64,000 nucleotides of DNA from Corallococcus interemptor (GCF_042231085.1 NZ_CP102579.1), one strand, 5' to 3'. Positions 1-10,953 are shown, numbered from the stretch's first letter. Notes: a model not told the origin generated them from the sequence alone. Translations and numbers: made by a program.

Positions 1-139
1 CCGGAGTCCTGTGGGTCGGGGGGGCCGTTGCCCATGGGCAGCGCCGGTCAAAGCCGTATCATCAAAGACATACAGTCCGCGTGGACTTCCGTCCAGAGGG
101 CGCCTGTCCGTGGGTGACACTCCGGGCTGGGATGACGTG

Positions 140-2278
140 ATGCGGGAGTTCCTTTTGGAGTCCCGCGAGCACGTGCAGGGCATCGAGGCGACGGTGCTGG
201 AGCTGGAGGCGCAGCCGGGCTCGCAGCCGTTGCTGGCGCAGTTGTTCCGGGCCCTGCACACGGTGAAGGGCACCTGCGGCTTCCTGGGCTTCAGCCGCCT
301 GGAGGCGCTGATGCACGCCGCCGAGGAGATGCTCGGGCTGGCGCGCGACCGGCGCCTGGTGCTGGACCGCGAGCGCGTGTCCACGCTGCTGGCGCTGGCG
401 GACGCGGCGCGCGGGGCGCTGGAGCACATCGAGGCGACGGGGCTGGAGCCCGCGGTGGACCACTCCGCGCTGCTCGCGCGCATGGCGGGCGCGGCGGCGG
501 GCTCCGCGCCGCTGGAGGTGTCCGAGCCCCTGGCGCCTCCGGGCGCCCTGCCCTGGCGCGGCGCCGCGACCGGGGTGGACTCCAAGCTGCGCGTGGACGT
601 GGCGCTGCTGGACCGGTTGATGAACCTGATGGGCGAGCTGGTGCTGGCGCGCAACCGCATCCTCCAGTGCGCGGCCTCGCCCACGCCGGGCGCGGATTTG
701 ACGACCGCGTCGCAGCGGCTGGACGTCGTCACCACGCAGGTGCAGCAGGTGGTGATGAAGACGCGGCTCCAGCCGGTGGGGCAGGTGTGGAACCGCTTCC
801 CCCGGCTGGTGCGCGAGCTGGCGCACGGGTGCGGCAAGCAGGTGCGGCTGCAATTGCAGGGCGCGGACACGGAGCTGGACAAGACGCTGGTGGAGGCGCT
901 GCATGATCCGCTCACCCACCTGCTGCGCAACGCCGTGGACCACGGCGTGGAGACGCCCGAGCAGCGCCGCGCCGCCGGCAAGCCGCCCGTGGGGTGCCTG
1001 ACGCTGAGCGCGTCGCACGAGGGCGGGCTCGTGCACCTGGGCATGTCTGACGATGGCGCGGGCATCGACGTGCAGCGCGTGCGGCAGGTCGCGGTGCAGC
1101 GGGGCCTGCTCACGGCCGACCAGGCGGCGCGGCTGCCGGACGCGGACGCGCTGATGCTCATCTTCATGCCGGGCTTCAGCACCGCGGAGCGCGTCACGTC
1201 GCTGTCCGGCCGGGGCGTGGGCATGGATGTGGTGCGCACGCAGGTGGAGCGCATTGGCGGCACCGTGGAGGTGCACAGCCGGCCCGGCCAGGGCACCACG
1301 TTCACCCTGAAGATTCCCCTCACGCTGGCCATCATCCCGGCGCTGCTCGTCACCTGCCGGGGAGACCGCTACGCGCTGCCGCAGGCCTCCCTGCGGGAGG
1401 TGGTGTTCCTGGAGCCGGCCCAGGCGCGCAGGGACATCACCCGCCTCCAGGGCGCGTGCGTGCTGCGGCTGCGCGGGGAGCTGCTGCCGCTGGTCGTGCT
1501 CGCCGCCGAGCTGGGCGTGGGGCCGGCGATGCCGGACCTGGACGAGGGCGCCACCGTCGTCGTGCTCCAGGCCGGCGAGCGCGCCTTCGGGCTGTGGGTG
1601 GACGCCATCCATGACACGGAGGAGATCGTCGTCAAGCCGCTGTGGAAGCACCTGAAGGGGCTGGCCTGCTACGCGGGCGCGACGGTGCTGGGCGACGGGC
1701 GCGTGGCGCTCATCCTGGACGCCATGGGCCTGGGCCGCCACGTGGGCACCGTCAACGAGGCACAGGCCCAGGTCGTCATCCCGGAGGCCGCCGTGGAGGC
1801 ACCGGCGCCGGAGGAGACGCGCGAGCGGGTGCTGCTGTGCCGCCATGGCGCGGAGGGCCGCGTGGCGATTCCCCTGTCGCGCGTGGCCCGGCTGGAGGAG
1901 CTGCCCGCCTCGGACGTGGAGCGGCTGAGCGGCGGCATGGAGATGGCGCGCTACCACGGGCAACTGCTGCCGCTGGTGCGCGTGGCGTCCGTGCTGGAGG
2001 CGACACCCGGCGCCACGGAGCGGATGGCGCGGCAGCTCCAGGCCGCGCCGGGCGGGTCCCTGTCCGTCGTCGTCACCCAGCACGCGGACGCGCGCGTGGG
2101 GCTGGTGGTGGACGCCATCCTCGACGTCGCGGAGGTGGAGCTCGCGCTCCAGCGGGAGACGCGCCGTCCGGGCGTGCTGGGCTCCATGGTGGTGCAGGCC
2201 CGAGCCACCGAGTTCCTGGACGTGGAGGGCACCGTGCGCGCCGTGCACCCGGAGCTGCTGACAGGCGGTGCGCCATGA
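140..2278 (+). CDS. cheA: Chemotaxis histidine kinase CheA (Hpt-dimerization-HATPase-2x CheW-like)
   Basis: Hpt motif [12 protein letters not shown]; dimerization [17 protein letters not shown]; HATPase N/G boxes ([35 protein letters not shown]); two C-terminal CheW-like regions. Start may be GTG 110 or ATG 140. Confidence 0.9.
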   Translation: MREFLLESREHVQGIEATVLELEAQPGSQPLLAQLFRALHTVKGTCGFLGFSRLEALMHAAEEMLGLARDRRLVLDRERVSTLLALADAARGALEHIEATGLEPAVDHSALLARMAGAAAGSAPLEVSEPLAPPGALPWRGAATGVDSKLRVDVALLDRLMNLMGELVLARNRILQCAASPTPGADLTTASQRLDVVTTQVQQVVMKTRLQPVGQVWNRFPRLVRELAHGCGKQVRLQLQGADTELDKTLVEALHDPLTHLLRNAVDHGVETPEQRRAAGKPPVGCLTLSASHEGGLVHLGMSDDGAGIDVQRVRQVAVQRGLLTADQAARLPDADALMLIFMPGFSTAERVTSLSGRGVGMDVVRTQVERIGGTVEVHSRPGQGTTFTLKIPLTLAIIPALLVTCRGDRYALPQASLREVVFLEPAQARRDITRLQGACVLRLRGELLPLVVLAAELGVGPAMPDLDEGATVVVLQAGERAFGLWVDAIHDTEEIVVKPLWKHLKGLACYAGATVLGDGRVALILDAMGLGRHVGTVNEAQAQVVIPEAAVEAPAPEETRERVLLCRHGAEGRVAIPLSRVARLEELPASDVERLSGGMEMARYHGQLLPLVRVASVLEATPGATERMARQLQAAPGGSLSVVVTQHADARVGLVVDAILDVAEVELALQRETRRPGVLGSMVVQARATEFLDVEGTVRAVHPELLTGGAP

Positions 2279-2763
2279 GCGGCCTCCGGCAACTGTGCTC
2301 GTTCCAGGTGGGCGAGCACCTGTTCGGCCTGGACATCGAACGCGTGCAGGAGATCCTGCTACCGCCGCCGCTCACGCGAGTCCCCGGCGCGCCGCCGGAG
2401 GTGGCGGGGCTGCTCAACCTGCGCGGGCAGATCGTCCCCGCCATCGACCTGCGCCGCCGCCTGGACCTGCCCGAGGGCACCGCCCCCGCGGACGCGCCCC
2501 ACGTCGTCCTGCGCGGCGACGAGGGCGCGGTGAGCCTTCGCGTGGATGCCATTGGCGACATCCTCCCCTTCGACCAGGCGGACCTGGCGCCGCTGCCGGA
2601 CAACCTGCGCGGGCCGCTGCGCTCGCTGCTGCTGGGGGTCCACGCGCTGCCGGACCGGCTGCTGCTCGTGTTGTCCGCGGACGCGGTGGTGGACGGGCTC
2701 TCGCCCGCGTCCAGCGCTCCCGCCTCCCCTTCCTTCCCCGTGCTTGCCCAGGAGCCCCGCTGA
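2275..2763 (+). CDS. cheW: CheW coupling protein
   Basis: ATG overlaps cheA stop (ATGA). CheW fold motifs [30 protein letters not shown]. Confidence 0.85.
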   Translation: MSGLRQLCSFQVGEHLFGLDIERVQEILLPPPLTRVPGAPPEVAGLLNLRGQIVPAIDLRRRLDLPEGTAPADAPHVVLRGDEGAVSLRVDAIGDILPFDQADLAPLPDNLRGPLRSLLLGVHALPDRLLLVLSADAVVDGLSPASSAPASPSFPVLAQEPR

Positions 2764-4865
2764 TGGCCCGCCCGACCGCGCCCGCCGTGAAAACCACTCC
2801 CTTCCAGCGCCTGGGCGGCAAGGCCCCCCTGACGGCCGCCGTGCAGAGGCTCTACGCGCGGGTCATGACGGACGCGCTGCTCAAGCCCTACTTCCGCCGC
2901 GAGGACCTGGTCGAGATTCAGCGCCAGATGGTCGCGTTCCTCACCCGGTTCCTGGGCGGAACGGCCGTCTACAAGGGCCCGTCCATGCGCGACCTGCACG
3001 CGCGCCTGAAGCTCAAGCCCCATCACTTCGAGCGCGTCACCGAGCACCTGGCCAGCGTGCTGGATGAGCTGGACGTGCCGGGGCCCGTCGCCCGCGAGGT
3101 GCTGGCGGCCGCGGGCTCGTCGCGGGATGCCGGCGTGGGCAGGCCCGTGGCGAAGGCCACCTCGCGGAGCGCCGCCGTGAAGCGTGCTCCGGCGCGCGCC
3201 TCCCGGACGGAGGGACGCCGGGTCGCCGCGGCGTCCGCGCCCGCGGGCCGGTCCTCGCGCCGCCGCACGGCCACGCCGCTCGAAGGGGCGCTGAGCGAGG
3301 CGGTGCTGGACGCGGCGCGGGTCAACCTGTTCGTCCTGGACGCGGACCTGGCCATCGTCTTCTCGAACGCGTCCGCGTCGGAGGCCATCGAGCGCATCAG
3401 CCAGACGGCCGCCTTCCGCGACGGCGCGGGGGACGGGGGCAGCGACTTCCTCGCCCACTTCGAGCAGCAGTTGCGGCTGGAGGAGGAGCGGCTGAGCGAC
3501 CCGTCGTCGCTGCCGCACGAGACCCACTTCGCGGTGGGCCCCACCCTGCTCAAGGCGCGCATCGACGGCATCGAGGGCCGGGGCGGCGCGCTCACCGGCT
3601 ACGTGGTGACGTGGACGGACATCACGGACCAGCAGCGCGCGGACACGGAGATGGCTCGCCTCAGGGCCATGCTGGAGAACGCGCCCACCTGCGTGATGGT
3701 GGCGGACGTGGACCTGAAGATCGTCTACCTGAACCCCGCCTCGCGCCGGCTGTTGCAGCGCGTGGAGAAGCACCTGCCCGTCACGGCGGACCGGGTGCTG
3801 GGGTCCAGCATCGACATCTTCCACCGCGACTCGACGTACCAGCGGAAGATCCTGTCCAACGACAAGAACCTGCCGGTGCGCGCGAACATCCCCATTGGCC
3901 CGGAGACCGCGGACCTGCTGGTGACGGCGGTGTACGACGGCCAGGGCCGCTACCTGGGCCCCATGGTGACGTGGGAGCTCATCACGGAGAAGCTCGCGGT
4001 GCAGCAGCGCGAGAAGGAGCTGGACGCCACCCTGCGCGGCATCTTCCAGGAGGTGACGCAGCACTCGCAGACGCTCGCCGCGTCGTCGCAGGAGCTGTCC
4101 AGCGTCAGCCAGCAGATGGTGAGCAACGCGCAGGAGACCGCGGCGCAGGCCACCCAGGTGTCCGCCGGCGCCGAACAGGTCAGCCGCAACGTGCAGAGCG
4201 TCGCGTCCGGCATGGAGGAGGTCAACGCGAACATCCGCGAGGTGGCGCGCAACGCGAGCACCGCCGCCAAGGTGGCCGCGTCCGCGGTGAAGCTCGCGGA
4301 CTCCACGTCCAGCGTCGTCGGCAAGCTGGGGACGAGCAGCCAGGAGATTGGCAAGGTCATCAAGGTCATCACCTCCATCGCGCAGCAGACGAACCTGCTG
4401 GCGCTCAACGCGACCATCGAGGCCGCGCGCGCCGGTGAGGCGGGCCGGGGTTTCGCGGTGGTGGCCAACGAGGTGAAGGAGTTGGCGCGCGAGACGGCCC
4501 GCGCCACGGAGGACATCGGCCAGAAGATCGGCAGCATCCAGGGCGACACCGAGGAGGTGGTCAACGCCATCCTGGAGATCGGCGCCACCATCGGCCGCAT
4601 CAACGAGCTGCAGACGTCCATCGCATCCTCCGTGGAGGAGCAGACGGCCACCGCGGGAGAAATCCTGCGCAACGTGGGCGAGGCCGCCAAGGGCAGCCAG
4701 CAGATCTCCGAGAACATGGCCGCCGTGGCGGAGGCCGCGCGCAGCACCACCGAGGGCGCGGGCAGCACGCAGCGCTCGGCGGTGGAGCTGGCCCACATGG
4801 CGCAGTCGCTGCAACGGCTGGTCGTGCAGGTGGACACGACCGACAAGCAGGCGCGGACGAAGTAG
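2763..4865 (+). CDS. Cytoplasmic methyl-accepting chemotaxis protein with N-terminal truncated hemoglobin domain and PAS domains
   Basis: N-term FQRLGG...LYARV...F...[28 protein letters not shown] matches 2/2 (truncated) hemoglobin signature. Two PAS-like blocks. C-terminal MCP signalling domain [30 protein letters not shown]. No TM helices. Start overlaps cheW stop (TGATG). Confidence 0.85.
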   Translation: MARPTAPAVKTTPFQRLGGKAPLTAAVQRLYARVMTDALLKPYFRREDLVEIQRQMVAFLTRFLGGTAVYKGPSMRDLHARLKLKPHHFERVTEHLASVLDELDVPGPVAREVLAAAGSSRDAGVGRPVAKATSRSAAVKRAPARASRTEGRRVAAASAPAGRSSRRRTATPLEGALSEAVLDAARVNLFVLDADLAIVFSNASASEAIERISQTAAFRDGAGDGGSDFLAHFEQQLRLEEERLSDPSSLPHETHFAVGPTLLKARIDGIEGRGGALTGYVVTWTDITDQQRADTEMARLRAMLENAPTCVMVADVDLKIVYLNPASRRLLQRVEKHLPVTADRVLGSSIDIFHRDSTYQRKILSNDKNLPVRANIPIGPETADLLVTAVYDGQGRYLGPMVTWELITEKLAVQQREKELDATLRGIFQEVTQHSQTLAASSQELSSVSQQMVSNAQETAAQATQVSAGAEQVSRNVQSVASGMEEVNANIREVARNASTAAKVAASAVKLADSTSSVVGKLGTSSQEIGKVIKVITSIAQQTNLLALNATIEAARAGEAGRGFAVVANEVKELARETARATEDIGQKIGSIQGDTEEVVNAILEIGATIGRINELQTSIASSVEEQTATAGEILRNVGEAAKGSQQISENMAAVAEAARSTTEGAGSTQRSAVELAHMAQSLQRLVVQVDTTDKQARTK

Positions 4866-4899
4866 CGCGGACGGCGTCGCGTCCAGGGAGCCACGGCAC

Positions 4900-6429
4900 A
4901 TGCGAACCGGACTGAAGCGATGGTGGGCGATGGGCCAGGTGGCCCGTGCCTCCACGCGCATGAAGCGGGTGTCCCGGCCCCTGGACGTGGAAGAGGCTCG
5001 GCATGAGCTGGCCCAGCGGCTGTTGGGCCTGCGCGGGCTGCCCCAGAAGGTGGGCCAGGTGCTCACGCTCGCGGAGCTGGGCTCGGAGACACCGGGGTTC
5101 GGTTCGCTCGCGGAGGCGCCCTCCCCGCTCGCGCCGGAGGCCGCGCTGGTGGAGGTGTCCCGCCGGTTGGGCCGTCCGTGGCGGGAGGTGTTCCAGTCTC
5201 TGGAGGGCGTGGGCATCGCCGCGTCCCTGGGCCAGGTGCACCGGGGCGTGCTGCATGACGGCCGCGCCGTGGCCGTGAAGCTGCGGCACCCGGGCATCGC
5301 GGAGGCCGTGCGGGAGGATCTGCGCGCGCTGGGGTGGCTGGCCGCGCCGCTGGGGGGCTGGCGCGGGAAGCTGGACCTTTCCGCCTACCGCCACGAGCTG
5401 GCCCGCATGCTCCAGGGCGAGCTGGACTATCACCACGAAGCCCAGTCCCTGCGGGACGCGGGCACGCGCATGGCGGACGTGCCCGGCGTCGTCATCCCCG
5501 AGCCGGTGGACGCGCTCACGCGGGAAGACCTGCTGGTGATGACCTGGGTGGAGGGCGCGTCGCTGGCGGAGGGCTGGCGCTGGAGCGAAGCGGATCGCCG
5601 CGCGCTGTCCACGACGCTGGTGCGGCTGTTCCTCCACGGCTGCTTCACGTGGGGCGCGCTCCACGCGGATCCTCACCCGGGCAACTACCGAGTGTCGCGC
5701 GGCCCTGACGGCAAGCCCGTGCTGGGGGTGCTCGACTTCGGCTGCGTGAAGCCATTGCCCCCGGAGCTGGCCGTGGGGCTGGGGCGGTTGATTACGCTCC
5801 TCAAGGGTCCGGGCACTCCGCCGCGCCCCGAGCAACTCCTGCCCGCGTGGGTGATGCTGGGCTTCGCGCCGGAGCTGCTGGAGCCCATGGCGGAGGCGCT
5901 GCCCGCCGTCAGCCGTGTGCTGCTGGAGCCCTTCCTCCTGGACCGCCCCTTCCACGCGCGAAGCTGGCGGCTGGGCGCGCGGCTCACCGAGGCGCTGGGG
6001 CCGCACCGCTGGAACTTCCGCGCGGCGGGGCCCGCATCGCTCCTGTTCGTCCTGCGCGCGTTCCACGGGCTGGTCCGCCACCTGGACGTGCTGGATGCGC
6101 CCATCGCCTGGGGGCCGCTGCTGGACGAGGCCCGCGCCCCGTCGCTGCCGCCTCCTCCGTCACCGCCGGAAGTCCGGGCGGAGGGCGCCGCGCGCTACCT
6201 GAAGGTCCAGGTGACGGAGGGAGGGCACACGCGCGTCGCGCTGACCTTCCGCGCGGACGTGACGGCGCACCTGGAGGACCTGCTGCCGGAGGACCTGCCT
6301 CGAAAGCTGGCGGCGCGGGGCCTGGATCCGGTGGCCATGGGGACCGCGGCGGTCGCGGCGGGGCTGCGGCCATCGGAGCTGTTCCACCTGGACGAGGGCC
6401 AGCGGCGTGTCCGGGTCTGGCTCGAATGA
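4900..6429 (+). CDS. ABC1/UbiB-family atypical protein kinase
   Basis: ABC1 motifs AASLGQVHRG, AVKLRHPGI, LHADPHPGN. GGGAG RBS 9 nt upstream. Confidence 0.8.
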   Translation: MRTGLKRWWAMGQVARASTRMKRVSRPLDVEEARHELAQRLLGLRGLPQKVGQVLTLAELGSETPGFGSLAEAPSPLAPEAALVEVSRRLGRPWREVFQSLEGVGIAASLGQVHRGVLHDGRAVAVKLRHPGIAEAVREDLRALGWLAAPLGGWRGKLDLSAYRHELARMLQGELDYHHEAQSLRDAGTRMADVPGVVIPEPVDALTREDLLVMTWVEGASLAEGWRWSEADRRALSTTLVRLFLHGCFTWGALHADPHPGNYRVSRGPDGKPVLGVLDFGCVKPLPPELAVGLGRLITLLKGPGTPPRPEQLLPAWVMLGFAPELLEPMAEALPAVSRVLLEPFLLDRPFHARSWRLGARLTEALGPHRWNFRAAGPASLLFVLRAFHGLVRHLDVLDAPIAWGPLLDEARAPSLPPPPSPPEVRAEGAARYLKVQVTEGGHTRVALTFRADVTAHLEDLLPEDLPRKLAARGLDPVAMGTAAVAAGLRPSELFHLDEGQRRVRVWLE

Positions 6430-6451
6430 CACACGGACAAGGAGGTGACGG

Positions 6452-6787
6452 ATGGTCACCATCGGCATGAACTACGAGGTGCGTGAGGGCAAGGCGGAGG
6501 CCTTCGAGCGGAAGTTCGCGCTCGTGCAGGAGGCGATGCGCGAGCTGCCGGCGCACGTGCACACGGAGCTGTTCAAGAGCGTGGGGGCGCCGGGGCGCTA
6601 CCTCATCGTCTCCGAGTGGCACAGCCGCGAGGGCTTCGACGCCTTCATCGCGTCCGAGGCCTTCCACCGCGTGACGGACTGGGGCGCCAGCGCCATCCTC
6701 GCGAGCCGGCCGCGCCACGAGGTGTATGGCGAGAGGGCCTCCAGCCCCCCCGCGGGCCGCTGCCCGGTCGCGCACGCGGTGCGGTGA
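6452..6787 (+). CDS. Antibiotic biosynthesis monooxygenase (ABM) domain protein
   Basis: ~110 aa ferredoxin-like ABM pattern (YLIVSEWHSREGFDAFIASEAFH). AAGGAGG RBS 7 nt upstream. Confidence 0.7.
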   Translation: MVTIGMNYEVREGKAEAFERKFALVQEAMRELPAHVHTELFKSVGAPGRYLIVSEWHSREGFDAFIASEAFHRVTDWGASAILASRPRHEVYGERASSPPAGRCPVAHAVR

Positions 6788-6798
6788 CGCGGGTGCGA

Positions 6799-7863
6799 AT
6801 GAACGCCATCCGGGTGCTGGTGGTGGACGACGCGGCCGTGGTGCGGCGCCAGGTGTCGCTGCTGCTGGGCGCGGCGCCGGGCCTGGAGGTCGTCGCCACC
6901 GCGCCCAATGGCCGCATCGCCCTGGCGAAGGTGGAGCAGTTCCAACCCGACGTCGTGCTGTTGGACCTGGAGATGCCGGAGCTGGACGGGCTGGAGACGC
7001 TGAAGCTCCTGCGCCAGCGCGCCCCGGAGCTGCCCGTGGTGATGTTCAGCGCGCTCACCGAACGCGCGGGCCTGTTGACCCTGGAGGCGCTCGCGCTGGG
7101 GGCCCGCGACTACGTGACGAAGCCCACGTCCGCGGGCGGAATGAACATCCCCCTGGAGGCCGTGCGGGACGAGCTGGTGCGCAAGCTCAAGGCGCTGAAC
7201 GTGCGCACGCCCTCCGCCGCGTCTCCACCGTTACTGGTGACGCGCGAGCTCCCGCTCCGGCCGAGGATGCCCGCACGGGTGGAGGCCATCGTCGTCGGCG
7301 CGTCCACCGGGGGCCCGGGCGCGCTGGTGCGCCTGGTGTCCGCGCTGCCCGCGGACCTGCCGGTGCCGGTGTTCATCGTGCAGCACATGCCTCCCGTCTT
7401 CACCCGGCTGCTCGCGGAGCGGTTGCAGGGGGTGACGCCGCTCACCGTGCGCGAGGCGGTGCCGGGCGCGGCCGTGAACGCGGGCGAGGTGTGGGTCGCT
7501 CCCGGCGACTTCCACCTGGCCGTGTGCCGGGATGCCGCGGGCGTGCGGCTGCACACGCACCAGGGGCCGGCGGAGAACGCGTGCCGCCCGGCGGTGGACC
7601 TGCTCTTCCGCTCCGCGGCGGAGGTGTACGGCGCGGGGGTGCTGGCGGTGGTGCTCACCGGCATGGGCCAGGACGGGCTGCGCGGCTGCCGGCGCGTCAA
7701 CGAGGCGGGCGGACAGGTGGTGGTGCAGGACCAGGCAAGCTGCGTCGCCGGCAGCATGCCGGGCGCGGTGGAACAGGCGGGGCTCGCGGATGCCGTGGTG
7801 CCCCTGGAGGTGCTGGCCCCGGAGCTGGCGCGGCGCGTGGATGCGCGCGGACGGAGGACCTGA
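6799..7863 (+). CDS. cheB: Chemotaxis response regulator protein-glutamate methylesterase CheB
   Basis: N-terminal receiver (VLVVDDAAVVRR...DVVLLDLEMPELDG) plus CheB methylesterase domain (GASTGGPGAL, IVQHMPPVFT, LTGMGQDG). Confidence 0.9.
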   Translation: MNAIRVLVVDDAAVVRRQVSLLLGAAPGLEVVATAPNGRIALAKVEQFQPDVVLLDLEMPELDGLETLKLLRQRAPELPVVMFSALTERAGLLTLEALALGARDYVTKPTSAGGMNIPLEAVRDELVRKLKALNVRTPSAASPPLLVTRELPLRPRMPARVEAIVVGASTGGPGALVRLVSALPADLPVPVFIVQHMPPVFTRLLAERLQGVTPLTVREAVPGAAVNAGEVWVAPGDFHLAVCRDAAGVRLHTHQGPAENACRPAVDLLFRSAAEVYGAGVLAVVLTGMGQDGLRGCRRVNEAGGQVVVQDQASCVAGSMPGAVEQAGLADAVVPLEVLAPELARRVDARGRRT

Positions 7864-7865
7864 GC

Positions 7866-8756
7866 ATGTCCCTGCTTCCCGACGACTTCGCGTACCTGCG
7901 GCAGCGCGTGCTGCGCCGCTCCGGGCTCGTGCTGGAGCCCGACACGTACGCGCTGGTGGAGACGCGGCTCACGCCCCTCATGCGCGAGGAGCGGCTGCCG
8001 GACCTCTCCGCCCTGGTCGCGCGGCTGCGCACGCAACCGGAGGGAAGTCCGTTGCACCAGCGGCTGGCGGAGGCGCTGGCCAACCACGAGACGGCCTTCT
8101 TCCGCGACGCGCCCGTCTTCGAGGCCCTGCGCGCCACCGTGCTGCCGGGCCTGCTGGCGAAGCGCGTCCGCACGCGGACGCTGCGCGTCTGGTGCGCGGC
8201 GTGCGCCTACGGTCAGGAGCCCTACAGCATCGCGATGACCCTGGCCGAGGCCGGGCTGCTCATCACCGGCTGGACCGTGCGCATCCTCGCCACCGACTTC
8301 AGCACCCGCGCGCTCGTGCGGGCCAGCGAGGCCCGCTACGACGCGAAGGAGATCCACCGGGGCCTGACGCCCGAGCTGCGCCAGCGCTACTTCCGCCAGG
8401 AGCGCGACGGGTGGCGCCTGAACGAGCACGTGCGCAGGCCGGTGGAGTTCCGGCCGCTCAACCTGATGGACGACTTCCCGCTGGAGGCGCCCGTGGACCT
8501 CGTGTTCCTGCGCAACGTGATGATCTACTGGGACGTGCCCACCCGGCGCGCGGTGCTCGCCCGCGTGCGGCGGATGCTCCACGCGGACGGCTACCTGGTG
8601 CTGGGCGCCGCGGAGTCCTCGCCCCTGGTGGAGGACGGCTTCACGCGGCACCTGATTGGCCAGACGAGCTGGTACCGCCCCACGCCCGCCTCGCCCGGCG
8701 TCGGCGCGTCCGTGGCGGACGCGCCGCGAGCGCCCCGCTCCGGCGCTACACCTTGA
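7866..8756 (+). CDS. cheR: Chemotaxis protein methyltransferase CheR
   Basis: CheR N-domain and SAM-binding domain (RVWCAACAYGQEPYSIAMTL, ILATDFS, VFLRNVMIYWD). Start 3 nt after cheB stop. Confidence 0.9.
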   Translation: MSLLPDDFAYLRQRVLRRSGLVLEPDTYALVETRLTPLMREERLPDLSALVARLRTQPEGSPLHQRLAEALANHETAFFRDAPVFEALRATVLPGLLAKRVRTRTLRVWCAACAYGQEPYSIAMTLAEAGLLITGWTVRILATDFSTRALVRASEARYDAKEIHRGLTPELRQRYFRQERDGWRLNEHVRRPVEFRPLNLMDDFPLEAPVDLVFLRNVMIYWDVPTRRAVLARVRRMLHADGYLVLGAAESSPLVEDGFTRHLIGQTSWYRPTPASPGVGASVADAPRAPRSGATP

Positions 8757-9666
8757 GGCGGATGGCGCCCGGCAGGAGCGTCATGGTGCAGGGCAGCCGG
8801 CCCGGCGTCTCGCCGTCCACGTCCAGGAACACGTCGCCCGTCAGCGCCTCGGCGTGGAGCGTGCGGCAGCGCAGCCGCCGCGTGCCCTTCCAGGTGACGT
8901 GGTCGCCGTTGTAGACGCCCTTGGACTTGAGGACGAAGTCGGACAGGCCGTAGTTGGACCAGATGGTGACGTCGAAGAGGCCGTCGTGCGTCACCGCCTC
9001 CGGCGCCACGAACATGCCGCTGCCGAAGTAGCGGCCGTTGGCCACGGCCACCGCGGTGACGCTCACCGTCTCCGGCTCGCCGCCGTCCACCGTGAGGCGC
9101 ACCTGCTGCTCCTGGTACTTCAGCAGCCCCTTCACGGTGCCCCACATGAAGCTCAGGTGGCCGCCCAGCGCCTTGCTGCCCTGGTTCACCTCGCGGGCCA
9201 CCACCGCGCTCACGCCGAACGAGGCGATGTTGGCGAAGAAGCGCGAGGCCGGCTTGCCGTCGTTGTCGGTGAACTCCAGCCGCCCCACGTCGAAGGGCTC
9301 CGTCGTCTCCGTGCGCAGCCGCTCCAGCGCGGACGTCAGCTCCAGGTCCCACCCGAAGGTGCGGCGGAAGTCGCCGCCGGTGCCTCGGGGCAACAGCCCC
9401 AGCGTGGCCCGGGGGTTGATGACCTGCCCGTCGCGGAAGAAGCCGTTGGTGACCTCGTTGAGGGTGCCGTCGCCGCCCACCGCGACGATGCATTCATAAC
9501 CGTCATCGATGGCCTGCCGCGCCAGACGCGCCGCATCCATGCCGCCGCTGGTGAAGCCGTACCCGAAGTCACCGAGCACCTTGCCCACCTGCGCGGAGAT
9601 CTCCACCCATCGCTTCCCCGTCTGCCCGTTGGCGCTGCGCGGGTTGACCACGAGGAACGTCTTCAT
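8746..9666 (-). CDS. Diacylglycerol kinase catalytic domain / YegS-like lipid kinase
   Basis: DAGK_cat motifs IVAVGGDGTLNEV, GLLPRGTGGDF. Convergent with cheR, ends overlap. Confidence 0.8.
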   Translation of the reverse strand: MKTFLVVNPRSANGQTGKRWVEISAQVGKVLGDFGYGFTSGGMDAARLARQAIDDGYECIVAVGGDGTLNEVTNGFFRDGQVINPRATLGLLPRGTGGDFRRTFGWDLELTSALERLRTETTEPFDVGRLEFTDNDGKPASRFFANIASFGVSAVVAREVNQGSKALGGHLSFMWGTVKGLLKYQEQQVRLTVDGGEPETVSVTAVAVANGRYFGSGMFVAPEAVTHDGLFDVTIWSNYGLSDFVLKSKGVYNGDHVTWKGTRRLRCRTLHAEALTGDVFLDVDGETPGRLPCTMTLLPGAIRLKV

Positions 9667-9823
9667 TCAGTGCCTTCTCCCTGCTGCCAGAACGGCCTGT
9701 TTACGCAATTGTGCGCCGGGGCTCCACTCCGTGACCCACGGGAGGGCCACATCGCCCGGGGTGTTTGTCACCCGGCCCCGTCCATGCTGGGCTCCCCGCC
9801 CCCCGTTTTGCCCTGGACCCCGA

Positions 9824-10501
9824 GTGAAAGCCCCGTCCGCCACCGAGCAGCTCGCGCCCCACCGGGAGGCCACGCGCGCCCTGGACTGGGCGCTGCCCGC
9901 GCTCCGGGCGGACCTGGCGGCGGCGGCGCGGCAGCCCTTCCGGGAGACGGGTGCCCAGGAGGACTTCCTGCACCGGCATGACGCACCGGCCCATGAAGTC
10001 CAGGGAACGGCGCGCACGGAGCGCTTCGAGCGGGCCCTGGCCCGGGTGCGGCGGCTCGCGGACGCGGGCGAGCCGCTGACCTTCCCCCGGATGGTGGAGC
10101 TCCAGTCAGAGCTGCTGGGCGGGCCCACGGGCTTCCGCACCGGGGATGCCTTCGCGCGAGGGGGCGCCCACCGCTACGCGCACGGGCCCGGCCTGGAGGC
10201 CGCCTTCCGCGACAAGGTGGAGGCGGACGCGCGGGAGGAGCGCCACCCGGTGGCACATGCCACCCGGTTGTACCTGGACCTGTGTTTCTTCCACCCCTTC
10301 CCGGACGGCAACGCCCGCGCGGCGCGGCTGTGGCTGGAATACATGCTGCGCCGGGGCCGGCTGCCCACGCCGCCGCTGGCGCCCGTGGTGCTGTGGCCCA
10401 AGCGTCCGGGAGACGCGGCGAACTACACGCGGCTGGCGAGGCTGCTGGCCCGGACCATCGCGGGGCCGGACGCCCCGTGCCGCAACGAGGTGCCCGAATG
10501 A
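9824..10501 (+). CDS. Fic/DOC family protein (start uncertain; GTG 9824 or 9761)
   Basis: Canonical Fic motif HPFPDGNARAARL. Stop overlaps next ATG (ATGA). Confidence 0.65.
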   Translation: MKAPSATEQLAPHREATRALDWALPALRADLAAAARQPFRETGAQEDFLHRHDAPAHEVQGTARTERFERALARVRRLADAGEPLTFPRMVELQSELLGGPTGFRTGDAFARGGAHRYAHGPGLEAAFRDKVEADAREERHPVAHATRLYLDLCFFHPFPDGNARAARLWLEYMLRRGRLPTPPLAPVVLWPKRPGDAANYTRLARLLARTIAGPDAPCRNEVPE

Positions 10502-10953
10502 ACAACAACGCGTCGGCCTTCACGTGGCGCCGCATCCGCGACAGCCTGGATGCCTACTCACCGCAATCGCTGGCGTCCCGGCTGAGGGAGGCCCTGGCTC
10601 CCTTGCGGACCGGAAGCATCCACGCCAGCCGGCTCAAGCAGGCGAAGAACGCCGTGCAGGACCTGCTCCAGGCCGAGCTGGGGGCCTGGTACATCGAGAG
10701 CGGCCTGCCCCTGGGCAATGAAGTGCTGGGGGGCTATTGCTGGTGTCACTCGTTCTTCAACCAGAACCCGCCACACCGGACGATGGATGTGGATGAGAAC
10801 ATCCAGCTCATGATGGACGCGCTGGAGCGGATCCGTTCGTTCCTGTACGCGCTGGACGGCGTGTATCAGGCCTCGCGCCGTCAGCTCGACGCGGCGGCCG
10901 GCGACAGGGCCCTCCGGGACGCGGCGGCGCGGGTGGCGGAGGTGGCCGTATGA
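10498..10953 (+). CDS. Hypothetical protein, paralog A (WRRIRDSLD...GYCWCH motif)
   Basis: Coupled to Fic stop (ATGA). Shares a ~110-aa conserved core with the next gene. Confidence 0.6.
   Translation: MNNNASAFTWRRIRDSLDAYSPQSLASRLREALAPLRTGSIHASRLKQAKNAVQDLLQAELGAWYIESGLPLGNEVLGGYCWCHSFFNQNPPHRTMDVDENIQLMMDALERIRSFLYALDGVYQASRRQLDAAAGDRALRDAAARVAEVAV

Noticed and set aside
2268-2763. Using the first ATG (2268) of the MCP frame, or the 1642..2763 ORF start, as gene starts
   Set aside because: The 2268 ATG lies inside cheA. The MCP frame upstream of 2763 overlaps cheW, and the globin domain begins exactly at the ATG overlapping the cheW stop. cheW begins at the ATG overlapping the cheA stop.
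62-5297. Very long antisense ORFs (62..2248 -, 2073..5297 -) opposite cheA/cheW/mcp
   Set aside because: The plus-strand frames carry unambiguous CheA/CheW/MCP motifs. The antisense translations are Arg/Ala/Gly/Pro/His-rich low-complexity sequence, as expected from stop-poor ~70% GC DNA.
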